A stretch of 64,000 bases of DNA from an uncultured Chthonomonadaceae bacterium (GCA_963817895.1 CAWFQB010000001.1:416001-480000); one strand, 5' to 3'. Shown: positions 41,435 through 51,740, counted from the stretch's first letter. The notes: generated by a model from the letters alone, not told the origin. Translations and numbers: made by a program.

Positions 41435-44400
41435 TTAGGACGGCCAGTACCTTTCATTACATTTGGGGCAGACAAAATGCGCGGCGCGTAAATCCTCGAT
41501 GTTGTCGCTCAACAGGTTGTTGCAGATGGGACAGAAATAGGCGGTTGCGGCGTACGTTTTGTTGGTGTCGGCAATTTCTGTGCCTTGCATTTTGAACAGG
41601 TGAAAGAACAGATTTTTGGCATCCTTGCTGCCTTCAGTCTCATACTCGAAGAAGGCATCCGTCAGCAGCGGATCGCGCTTGTAAGCGCGGCGCAAAATGT
41701 GGTTCGCCTGATCGCTGTCAAGCCCGGTAAGGCCCAGGTTCGACAGCGCCTTCCAGCCGTCCGAAAGGGCGCTCACCATGCGCGCCGCCTGAAAATCGTG
41801 CCGGTAGCCGCTCAGGTAAGTGTTCAGACACTCTCGCAATGTCCCATATTCGGGGGTCAGCAGGCGCATCACCGCGCTATTAAAATCCAGCGGCAGCCGC
41901 TCTTCCGTCACCGTCACGCCTGGTATTCCCGGCGGATAAAACACCCGGAACTCGCCGTTTGCCACCTGATACCAGCCTCGCCCGTCAATCTCCTGTTTAT
42001 TGGCGGGAGTCCACGCGAACAGGCCGTCGGCAGGCTTGCCCAGCAAAATCACCTGCAGCCACCGTTCCTCGGTCTCTTCCACGCGGCGCGGCGGCACAAG
42101 CGGATTGATCCAGGTGACATCGCGGCGGGTGTGCCAGAAAGGAAAATCCGTCGCGGTTTCGGCGCTTTGCAGGGTGTTCGATCGAAATCGTGGCTGCTGA
42201 TAACGCCCTCCATCTGCCCGAACGTGAAACCATGCCGCTCCTGAACGATTAACAGACGGAAAGGGTCCTGGTTGTCGGTCACTTCCCTGCGCGCCAGGCG
42301 GATGCTGTTGTTGATTTTTGTCACCATCGCGGTCACGAGCGGATGCTTGTAGGCGAGGTCCCGAAAGGCAAGGTTCTGTTCCTGAGCCGTGACCGCGCGC
42401 AGCGCCATGCAGGTGCGGACTGATCTGCGCGCCCGAAATTCTCAGGCGCGGCGTACTCTGCTGAATCACGGTATCCACGTCGTTTTGCGCCGCTTTTTTG
42501 GCGACGTGGCCCTGTTCGGGGCGGCGCAATATCTCGAAAAAGGCGCGGGAACGCGCTTCCAGCGCGTCCAGAATGTTTTGAGGAATGCTCTCCTGCGCGC
42601 TGGCGCGGGCGGCATTGGGGTCGAAGGCGCTGGGCGTATTGGGCAGCAATTCCCTTTTCAGCGCGCCAAGCGCGGTGAGAACATCGCGCTGCGCCGCCTC
42701 TTCCTTTTTATCATCCCCCCAGCCGGTTGCCGGTTCCGCGTCCCACGCGCGCTGACGCAGCAGATTATAATACTCTTCGGTCACGGTTCCGCGCGCGGCG
42801 GGCGGCTCCGCTTCAAAATAGACTTTGCCATTGACGAGGGGCTTATCCTTCGCTGTTTTCTGCCAGGCATCTCTCAGACTGGTCGCCATTTGCTAAAGGC
42901 GGACTGCATCACGTCCAGGCGGCGCAGGAGAACGGCAGTCGCCTGCCGGTATTTGTCCAGCATTTCCACAAGCATTTGCCGCCGCTGCAAGTGCGTGGCC
43001 GCCTGCGTTCGCAGTTCCGTTTGCAGATAGGAATACACGCTGTTGGTGACTTCCTCCCACTTCTGTTTTTCTTCCCGGACGATTTCCTGTTTGGCCGCTT
43101 CCTGTTGCCGTTTTGGACCGGGCAAGATAGGAACACGGGCTTTGAATAGGGCTTCGGCGTCCGCCTGGACACGCTCCACTTCAGCGATTTGCTCATCCAG
43201 CGATAGCGCGCAGCGATTTGGAATCCTGCTGATATTCGGGCAGGTTTCCTGCGCTTCGCGCGCCCACGCTTCCATGCGGTTCATCTGCTCCCTGAGTACG
43301 GCGGCGACAAACCCCGGCCCGCCCTCAAGGTCGAATAAGGCCCGCGCCACAAACTGCTCGACATCGCTTTCAATCCGATTCAGGAATGTTTTGTGGTTGT
43401 TTTCCATCACATGCAGCAGGGTTGGCAACGCCCCGCTGACATCGCCGCGCGGCAAGTCCTGCGCGGTCAGGCGGCCATCCACTTCGCGCAGCAATTGCCG
43501 CGCCTGTTCCACTCTGGGGATCGCGCCCTCGCCTTCGGGCCGAAATTTCTGCTGGAACACGGCCACGCTGAGCGTGTCCGCGTCCTCCGTCAAACGCTGC
43601 ATTTGCGCTTCGAAATCGCTGCCGCCCAACAATCGCAGCGCCTCATTGATGCGCTGTGGCGTCAGCGTATGGCGGCACCAATGTTCCAGCGCGCCGGACG
43701 TCAGGCGCATGGTTGCGGCGCGCAGAATATGTTCGCCGGGATATTCCAGCGCGGCCACGCCCATCGTGCTGAACAGGGGCCGCATAAAGCCGATCTGTTC
43801 CGCCGTGTCCATTTTGCCTTTGGCGTTCACGTCCAGATCGGCAATCGCGCCGCCCGCAGGCCCTGAAGCGGCCGCCAGGTACTGCCCGATCATCACATTC
43901 AGCCGCGTGACATCCGAGCCATCCGGTTCCCCCGGCATCATGGCGCGCAGAATCACATAGGGCCGTTCCGCGCGGCGCGAAGCCGAACCCTTATCCGGCA
44001 GTTTTTGCATCCACGCGGTGCCGGCAAGCTGGTAATGGTTCAGCTCCTTCAGAGCGTAACAGGCGTTTTTCTTCAAGCGCGGCGCGTCCGTACCCGCATA
44101 CTGAGGATGAGGTAGGGTGAAAATCGCCTGACAGTCTATACCATCCCCGCTCCATTCCCGCAGCAAATAGCCCATATCGGCGGCTCCGCCGCTGCACGTT
44201 CCGCCACACAGCGTCCCGACCACATACACCACAATATCGGGATGAATGTCAACGGGCGTATCTTTGTAGGTTTCGCCCAAACTGTCCGTCACGGCCTGCG
44301 GCGTCAGCCCATTCAAGTAGGAGAGGTCACCTGTTACCCAGCGCTGTATGTTCTGGTAATTGTCGTCGTGGAACAGGCACAGCCGCCCCAACATGCGCAG

Positions 44401-44723
44401 ATTGCCCGCTCCCGACGAAGGGTTGTCAATCGCGCTCAAACTTCTGCTATCCTGCCAGCCGGCAAAATCGAACCCGGCTCCCGCTGTCCGCGGGGCGTTC
44501 AAATACAGAGTGTAATCTTCCCGCTTGATACCGACGTGCAGAACGCGATCCCCAAGGGGCGAAACCTTCGACGCGGTTTCCAGCACCAGCAGGCGCACCA
44601 GGCGGCGCGTTCATGCCCCCCGAATTGCCAGGCGAGATGCTCGGCAACGGCTTCGGCAACTCCCTTGCCGGTGGTTCCCATCCCAATAATCAGCGTCCTT
44701 CGGATTGAAAGGGTTTCAGGCAT
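41435..44723 (-). CDS. Tubulin/FtsZ-like GTPase (Tubulin_2/FtsZl-type), ~1090 aa, with helical middle region and C-terminal Zn ribbon; about four apparent indels
   Basis: IIGMGTTG, GAGNLRMLGRL, GTLCGGTCSG, NACYALKEL; ORFs 44499..44723, 42874..44598, 41435..42889 and 42049..42408 join; ends CPIC...CPKC. Confidence 0.85.
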
Positions 44724-44729
44724 TTGGAC

Positions 44730-46423
44730 TCAGCTTCCTTTCTGCACAGGTTCAATAGCTTTGTAAACGATCTCAAGGCGTATTTTCGTGTCGGTGTCCG
44801 GCGGCAGCAGCCGCCAGAAAGCGCGCTTGCCCGGCTCGATTTCCACCGCGCGGCTGTCGGCAGCGTCTGCGGACAGGTTCTGCGCTTCTAATGGACAAAC
44901 CAGATAAAGATTGTACTATGGCGGGGTTCCGAGTGTTGAAAACACCCGTCTGAGTGGCGTTCCGCCAAGCGTCCTACGGACGCGGGATTGTACAATGTTC
45001 AAGTGGTTTGTCCATAAGAACTGCGCGCCGGGCTGCGCTTCCACGCGCAACACGCGGTTTGTCTCGAAGGCCAGCGTTGCCAGCGTAAGCGCCTCCGGCA
45101 TGTCGGGCGCGTTTCCGCCCTGTAATCCGCCGCTTCCGCTTCCCGCGTTTATCACGCCGGAACTCGCCGTGCCTGTTGCGCCTGGCGCGGCGTCAGGGGC
45201 GGGAAGAAGGGCGACAAGAACGGTTTTACCCTCTTTCCCGCGCTGCAATGTCCAGCGGCTTTGCAGCGTTAAAGGCGTCAGGATTTGCGCCGTATCCGTG
45301 CCGATAGTAACTGTCAGGCTGCCGGGAATGGGAACCGAGGGGGGGCGAGCGGCGGGGCTTTTTCCGGCGCGTTTTTGGGGGGCGCGGGTTTGGGCTTGCG
45401 CGGACGAAGCAGCAGACCGGCAATCAGGGCAAGCGCAATCAGCCCGATAATAATCCAGACCCAACCGGGCATACCGGGCGAAGGCGCATTATCATTAGTC
45501 CCATGCGGCGGCTTTGGCGGCTCCTCGCGTTTGAGGGGCTGTGCGGGGTTCACCAGCGTCTCGTTGTTACCGGGCATATCCGTTTTCGGCTGCCATGTTT
45601 CGCGGGCGAAAGTGGGATAGCGCTGGGATGTGGGCGCGTCCGGCATCGCAGTTAATTTTTGCGGAAACAGAGCCGTAACGGCGACGGTGATCGGCTGCGC
45701 CCCGGCAGACAGGGTAAATTCCCTGCGGGCCAGCGGCTGCCGAAACCCGCCCTGCGCAATCGCGGCGGCAAGTTTCGGATTGTCGGCTCCGAATAACTGC
45801 GCCTGCTCGCCCGTAGGAGCCTGACTGGCGTTGCTGTTGGTCAGCAGCAGCACAATCGCGCTGTGGGTTTCCCCGGCGGGGATGGTTTTGGTAATGGCCT
45901 CGTAAAGAACCTGTTCGATGTCATGCCCGCCCCTGCTGCCGGCATGGGGCGCGTAGGGGACGCCGTTGACGAAATCCGCGCGACTGGCGGAATCATCGGT
46001 CAGCGTCGTCGTTTTGCCGACGTTCCAGGTACTCATCTCCCAGGCAAAAGGCGTCACCTGGTCGCCGACAGCAAGCGAATTGTTCATCAAGCTGAACGCC
46101 AGCCGCCGCATCGCAATGGCGTGAACCGGGTACTGGCCGAAATGCCCGGTGGAAAAGCCGATGTAAAAGTGGTAACGCGCCGCGTTCCAATTGCCGCCGC
46201 TTGCCGCCGCTTCCTGCTTCAGCCAGGCGTCTATTTCGGCGCGCGGAACCCGGGTGATGCGCCCGTAGTCCTGCGTATCCGGCGTCTGCGCGGAACCCGG
46301 AATTTGCGCCGCGCCCCAAAACAGCAGGCACAGGAGAACCGCCCATCCGCGCAAAGCGGCCGGGCCTCGACAAACATTCCGCTGCCAGATACTTCCGGAG
46401 AGTTTCCTTTGAAACACGTACAT
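44730..46423 (-). CDS. Single-pass membrane protein with extracytoplasmic degenerate VWA-like domain and small cytoplasmic beta domain; one frameshift and a MITE insertion
   Basis: Signal peptide; YHFYIGFSTG / GDQVTPFAW / GGHDIEQVL / IVLLLTN pattern; Pro-rich linker; TM helix WVWIIIGLIALALIAGLLL; frame resumes LEAQNL...QKGS* after the MITE. Confidence 0.65.
44892..45014. mobile_element. 123-bp MITE with terminal inverted repeats and a TAA target-site duplication
   Basis: tggacaaacca...tggtttgtcca (11 bp perfect, ~25 bp imperfect); taa at 44889-44891 and 45015-45017; removing it restores GAQF-L-EAQ. Confidence 0.88.
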
Positions 46424-46693
46424 CTGCGCCCTCCTCACCTAAAATTTCCTCAAACGCGCCGTGATGCCCCGTCTTTAGACGTGGGTGTCCTTCCCTGCGG
46501 GTGGACGCCCAGGCGGGTTTCCTTTTGAGACTTGCGGTATCAGCCGCAATGTCGTCTAAACCTCCAGGTTAGGTATTGTTATGGTACTTATATACCTGCG
46601 TGTACCAAATCGCTTTCCGCTTTTGCCCGTCCGTTTGTAGTAAAAATAGCATCAGGCGCATACTAATTACTCATCAGGACGGTCAATTTCTTC

Positions 46694-47650
46694 ATGGAAA
46701 ACTCACTCCCACAAACTTTAGTTGAAGCCATTCGCTATTATAGCGACCTTGACATTTGCCGCAACCTGCTTGCTTCTATGCGCTGGCCTGACGGCGTAAT
46801 CTGCCCCTACTGCCAGAACAACGGCGCGAACTTCCTGCCCTCATGCAGTAAGTGGAAATGTAAGTCCTGCCGCAAAGTTTTCTCCGTTAAAGTCGGCACA
46901 ATCTTTGAAGAATCCCCGCTCGGACTAGACAAATGGTTCGCCGCTATGTGGCTGGTTGCGAACGCAAAGAACGGCATTTCCTCTTGCGAAGTTGCTAGAG
47001 CCATCGGCGTTACGCAAAAATCGGCATGGTTTATGCTGCACAGAATTCGTCATGCTATGAAAACAGGTTCTCTTGACAAGTTTGACGGCACAATCGAAAC
47101 CGATGAAACCTTTGTCGGCGGATTAGAGAAGAACAAGCATAAAGACAAGAAATTGAAAGCAGGGCGCGGTTCTGTCGGCAAAACGATTGTTATGGGCGTG
47201 TTAGAACGCGCAAAGACAGAGAAGGACATTAGCAAAATTCGTGTTGCGATTATCCCCAACACAACACAGGAAACCCTTCACGGCGTTATCAAACATAACG
47301 TGACGATTGGAGCCGAAGTTTTCACGGACGCGGCTAGAGGTTACAACGGTCTAAACGAAATGTTCAAACATGACTTTGTAGACCACGCCATTGAATACGT
47401 GAAGGGGCGTGTTCACACAAATTCGGTTGAAAACTTCTGGAATTTGCTTGACAGAGGTATTCACGGAACCTATATCCGCCCGTCTGCCCAACACCTGCTG
47501 CGCTACGTTGACGAACAAGCGTTCCACTTCAATCACCGGAACGGTACAGACTTGACGCGGTTTCTGCAAACCATACAGCAGATTAGCGGTAAACGCCTGA
47601 CGTATGATGAACTGACACAAGCGCATTTGCAGAACTTGGCTCCAAAATAA
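46694..47650 (+). CDS. IS1595-family (ISXO2-like) transposase
   Basis: RWPDGVICPYC...CKSC Zn ribbon, ETDETFVGG, FTD, VHTNSVENFW, YVDE. Confidence 0.95.
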   Translation: MENSLPQTLVEAIRYYSDLDICRNLLASMRWPDGVICPYCQNNGANFLPSCSKWKCKSCRKVFSVKVGTIFEESPLGLDKWFAAMWLVANAKNGISSCEVARAIGVTQKSAWFMLHRIRHAMKTGSLDKFDGTIETDETFVGGLEKNKHKDKKLKAGRGSVGKTIVMGVLERAKTEKDISKIRVAIIPNTTQETLHGVIKHNVTIGAEVFTDAARGYNGLNEMFKHDFVDHAIEYVKGRVHTNSVENFWNLLDRGIHGTYIRPSAQHLLRYVDEQAFHFNHRNGTDLTRFLQTIQQISGKRLTYDELTQAHLQNLAPK

Positions 47651-47762
47651 AATGAGATATTTTCTGAAAGAGCATCTAATTAAGCAGGATGCTCTTTCCT
47701 CTTTGTGGAATCATCCGAATAGTAGAATAGTAATCTAGTATACTGGTGTTTCTGATACTCTC

Positions 47763-47791
47763 TTGACAAGTAGACAGAATTAGTATAAGAT
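47763..47791 (+). promoter_or_regulatory. Promoter for IS passenger genes (TTGACA-N17-TAAGAT) overlapped by direct repeats agtagacaga
   Basis: Read directly; repeats at 47769-47778 and 47792-47801. Confidence 0.6.
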
Positions 47792-47842
47792 AGTAGACAG
47801 ATAGTTACTTATCTGTTGCACTGTTCTATGACTGCGGGGTAG

Positions 47843-48634
47843 ATGGCGATTATGAATGAAGACAAACTTACAATAACGCTAACAGGGAAAAAGGAATTTA
47901 TTCCTTATAAATCGTTCTTGTCTGCTGTAGACAATACGATTGCCTTGCTTCGTGATTTAGATTCATCCATATCAGGCCGTAGTTCTGGCTCTGTTGAATG
48001 GCAGATTTCCTCAGTTAGTATGAATAGCCCGCTTGCATTTACTGTATTTGCTGACGCTGGAGCAGATATTGCGATAGGGCGTGACATACTAGATGCTTGT
48101 ACGCACGGATTACGTCAAATTGAATCTAGTTCGGATCGTATACCACGATACTTCACAATAAATGCACTCGAACACGCTTCCAAATTGGTCGCTGTTTTGA
48201 ATGACGGCATAGACAGAATTTCCATTGCAACGCCTTGGGATAGACCTGTTTTACCTTCACAACGCATTTCACTTCATGTAAATAGGTTACTACCGAAAGA
48301 ACATGAAGAGTTGGGGAGTTTTGAGGGAGTTCTGAAAACTTTATCAATCGCACAATCATTTAACTTTGCGATTTGGGATGTAATCTCAAATCGCAGAATT
48401 GAGTGTCGCTTTGCCGAATCCATGTTAGAAGAAGCTCACGCAAATTTCGGAAAACGAGTTTCGGTTTACGGAATAATTCGCTATTCACGAACGGGCAAAC
48501 CACAGTATATTCGTGTAGAAAACATGTACCAATTACGTGAACAAAACGAATTGCCACAAGCCAAAGATTTAGAATCTGTTTCTCTTGCGAAAGATTCTTT
48601 TGCTTATGCTTGGGAGGGCAGTAAAGATGAGTAG
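47843..48634 (+). CDS. Hypothetical passenger protein (possible OB-fold C-terminus), translationally coupled to the PIN gene
   Basis: 263-aa AT-rich ORF overlapping the PIN start. Confidence 0.75.
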   Translation: MAIMNEDKLTITLTGKKEFIPYKSFLSAVDNTIALLRDLDSSISGRSSGSVEWQISSVSMNSPLAFTVFADAGADIAIGRDILDACTHGLRQIESSSDRIPRYFTINALEHASKLVAVLNDGIDRISIATPWDRPVLPSQRISLHVNRLLPKEHEELGSFEGVLKTLSIAQSFNFAIWDVISNRRIECRFAESMLEEAHANFGKRVSVYGIIRYSRTGKPQYIRVENMYQLREQNELPQAKDLESVSLAKDSFAYAWEGSKDE

Positions 48635-49115
48635 CGACCGCATTTATTGGGATAGCTGTTGTTTTACGTCACGCATTGAACGTACTCCCGGACGTATTCA
48701 AATTCTGGAACATATCACCGATAGAGCAGAAAGAGGAGAGATTGTAATTGTAACATCTGCCTTTACTCTAGTCGAAGTCGCAAAAGTTAATCTCCCGCCC
48801 GGATTAGAACATGATGAACAAGAACGACTAATCGTTGATTTCTTTGATAATCCATATATATTGCCTATACAACTAGACCTTAGAGTAGCAAAGATAGCTC
48901 GTGATATAATCAGGAATTATAGTGCTATTAAAGGAAAAGATGCTATTCATATAGCATCTGCTATACAAGCAGGTGTTAGCGTAATGCACACGTATGACGT
49001 GAACCATATTTTGCCGAAAGATGGTAAAATCGGAAATCCGCCATTACGCATTAAACAACCTGAATTTGTGAATGGGCAAATCCCTTTATATATGGGGGAG
49101 ATAGACAATGAGTAA
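48627..49115 (+). CDS. PIN-domain (VapC-like) ribonuclease
   Basis: IYWDSCCF, TSAFTLVEV, DAIHIASA, TYD acidic motifs. Confidence 0.88.
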   Translation: MSSDRIYWDSCCFTSRIERTPGRIQILEHITDRAERGEIVIVTSAFTLVEVAKVNLPPGLEHDEQERLIVDFFDNPYILPIQLDLRVAKIARDIIRNYSAIKGKDAIHIASAIQAGVSVMHTYDVNHILPKDGKIGNPPLRIKQPEFVNGQIPLYMGEIDNE

Positions 49116-49281
49116 ATCCGTAGATGCAGACGCAGTACAACCCGTAAAGTCGGCAGAGTACCTCAACTTTGAAGCCCTCTTGAAGCAGGTTGCTAACGTG
49201 CCAAAAGCGGAAGTAGACCGCAGCATACAAGCCGAAAAGGACGCGAAGAAGCAGAAGCAGGATACTGCCGATACGAAGTAA
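49108..49281 (+). CDS. Small 57-aa passenger peptide (below the ORF-track cutoff)
   Basis: MSKSVDAD...NFEALLKQVANVPKAEVD...; GGAG RBS; overlaps the PIN stop. Confidence 0.55.
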   Translation: MSKSVDADAVQPVKSAEYLNFEALLKQVANVPKAEVDRSIQAEKDAKKQKQDTADTK

Positions 49282-49529
49282 CACCATGAACTACAAAGAT
49301 ACTTGTTTGCGTTCGCAATACATTATTTCTAATTGTGTTTTGCCTGCACGGAAACAGGCAAAAATTTTGCGAGATGTTGCACGAGAAATACGAGAAGAAG
49401 TGCAACGACTCCGACAAGAACGACAGTTGATTCAGCAGCAAATGAAAAGATAACACTGAACGCAAGAACGCCCGAAACGGTCAAGTTTCGGGCGTTCTAA
49501 ACATTGGTACACGCAGGTATATAAGTACC

Positions 49530-50673
49530 TTTTGAAATAATCGTCTATGCGAATGAAAAGTTGCTCGAAGTAGAGTTCCAGCAGATACGCGTTTGTCCAG
49601 TTCAAATTATCCCGAAGGTAGGGTTCCTCATTCACGCGCAGCAGCGTTTTCAGATTGCTGATACGGAATTCATCCGGCCCCAGTATTCCTTTGGGCGCGT
49701 CTGATCCCCAGTGAACAATGCCTCTGCGCCGGTGCAAAACCATTTCGGTAGGAAAACGGTCGTTGCCGTCCCGGTCACCGATGATGTCCATCTCTCCTTT
49801 GGGCTTGGCCTCAAACAGTTTATTCCGCCAGCGGACACGGACGCCCGTGTTGCGCGTTCCAAAATCAATCGCCACAACCACATCCGCGCCGACGCTTCCC
49901 GGCGTGGCAGTCAGCCGATGCAGGGGAATGGGAATCGCGTCCGGGCCGGCCAGCCATTCCGTCTCCGCGCTTTTGGCCGCACGCTCCGGCAGGGCAGCGA
50001 CCATCAGTTCGGAGGAGAGAAACGGCTGGATTTCAGGCGCGTCTTTTTCGACGGATACATGGTATCTGGTAGTGACCTGGTAGCCTGCGGGAACATCCGA
50101 CTCGAATGCGCGGGTTTCTTCGGCGTCGTTCCACACGCGCGCGGCCTGTTTGCGAACGCCCGGCGGGAACAGCAAATTCGGGCTGCCCACAATCCAGCGA
50201 TTTACCGCGACGCGCGCAAGTTCGCGCGCGAAATGCCGATCCGACCGGCTGCCCTGTCTTTCCCACCAGGGGCTATTCGGGGCGTCCAGACTCGGATGCG
50301 GACGTCGCGCGTCGTCGCTGCACAGCAGGAGGAATCCGCTCGGCTCGTCGTCCGGCAGGCTCTGCAGCGCAAAAGCCGTCCATTGGCGCGCGGCAACCGT
50401 ATGGGGCTTGTCGCCGCCAACCACGCGCAATCCCCGCAGGCGCCGCGTATCTATCCACACCTGCGCGTCGTGATTACCCACGTTATGCGCGACAATGTAA
50501 ACCGCGCCTTTGAGCAGCAGGGGCGCGATGTTTTGTCCGGGACGCGCATCGGAGGAGGAGGACCACAAAACGCGCGCGGTGGTTTGGCCGCAGGACGGAC
50601 AGAACCGGTCGTCAGGCTCCAGAGATGAGGGAGTTGAAGATGTTGAACACGCAAAGCAGGTAGGGTCAGTCAT
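49530..50673 (-). pseudogene. Zn-ribbon / beta-domain / Hsp70-actin-like ATPase, truncated by the IS1595 element
   Basis: CFAC...FCPSCG N-terminus; VVAIDFGTRNTGV phosphate-1 motif, FPTEM, ISNLKTLL; reading frame runs into the IS terminal repeat at DDYFKR. Confidence 0.8.
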
Positions 50674-50774
50674 TATCCACTTTCGACAAAATACGCGCGA
50701 CAGCGAAACAGTCCGCTTGTATATTCATCTTCCGTATAAACGGTTCCTGCTTTGTGTTCAAGAAAATATTGTGT

Positions 50775-51740
50775 CTACTTATCCTTCAGCCATTCTGCCG
50801 CGCGTTCGGGCCAGTGGGAGATGGGATTTTCGGACGGGCGCAGGCCGTAGCCGTGTCCGCCTTTGGCGTAGACATGCAGTTCTACAGGCACTTTGGCGGT
50901 TTTTAGCGCCTGTCCGTAGACAAGGGCGTTTTCGACGTGAACCGGATCGTCTTCCGTCATGGCGATGAACGTGGGCGGCGTGTTGGCGGTCGGTTTAATT
51001 TCCGAAGCCAGCCGCGTCAAATCATTGGACATGGTGAGGTACGCGGGATAAATCAGCAGGGTAAAGTCGGGGCGGCAACTCTCCTGATCCGCCGCGTCTA
51101 TGGTGGGGTAGGCGCGCGTCTCATACGCATTGCTCAACAGCGCGGATAGATGCCCGCCCGCGGAAAAGCCCAGTATGCCGAGGCGTTTAGCATCGAGGTT
51201 CCAATCTTTCGCCCGATGCCGAACCAGACTTAACGCCCGCTGCGCGTCCTGAAACGCCGCCGCGTGTTTGTCCAAACCGGGACGCGCAGGGACGCGGTAC
51301 TTCAGCAGAATGGCAGTGACGCCGAGCGAATTGAGCCACGCGCAAACTTCCGTGCCTTCCAGATTGGCCGCGAGAATGGAGTACCCGCCGCCCGGACAAA
51401 CCACGACCGCCGCGCCATTCGCTTTTCTTTTGTGAGGCAAGTATACGGTAATGGTGGGCTTCGTCACGTTGCCGGTACGAATCACATACTTGTCTGCCTG
51501 CGGTCCGTCCTGCCCCGGTTTGGTGGTGTCGAGTTCCGCGCCGATATTATCGAGTTTGCCCGCGTCGCCAGGAGCCTCATCGGGCCACAGCGCGATGGTT
51601 TCCGCAGGCGTCAATTTCATCCGCCGATAGTCCGGCGGCGAGGCGACAGACGGCAACGCCGCCCCCACCGCCAGCAGGCACAGCAGCAAGCCACTCCCCA
51701 CTTTCCACAGCAGCGTGGAATTCAGAACTGTCAGGCACAT
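50775..51740 (-). CDS. Secreted alpha/beta hydrolase (esterase)
   Basis: CPGGGY, GFSAGG, EDD, GGHGYG. Confidence 0.9.
   Translation of the reverse strand: MCLTVLNSTLLWKVGSGLLLCLLAVGAALPSVASPPDYRRMKLTPAETIALWPDEAPGDAGKLDNIGAELDTTKPGQDGPQADKYVIRTGNVTKPTITVYLPHKRKANGAAVVVCPGGGYSILAANLEGTEVCAWLNSLGVTAILLKYRVPARPGLDKHAAAFQDAQRALSLVRHRAKDWNLDAKRLGILGFSAGGHLSALLSNAYETRAYPTIDAADQESCRPDFTLLIYPAYLTMSNDLTRLASEIKPTANTPPTFIAMTEDDPVHVENALVYGQALKTAKVPVELHVYAKGGHGYGLRPSENPISHWPERAAEWLKDK

Larger units (their letters stand above)
46583..49529 (+). mobile_element. IS1595-family element (2947 bp) with passenger genes
   Basis: Perfect 26-bp terminal inverted repeats ggtacttatatacctgcgtgtaccaa (46583-46608 and 49504-49529); lower-GC interior. 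Confidence 0.93.

Noticed and set aside
41435..44723. Cell-division ftsZ
   Set aside because: About three times too long, divergent signature loop, and no dcw-cluster neighbours.
49530..50673. dnaK or mreB
   Set aside because: The ATPase motif begins ~265 aa in, after Zn-ribbon and beta domains, and similarity is limited to the fold motifs.
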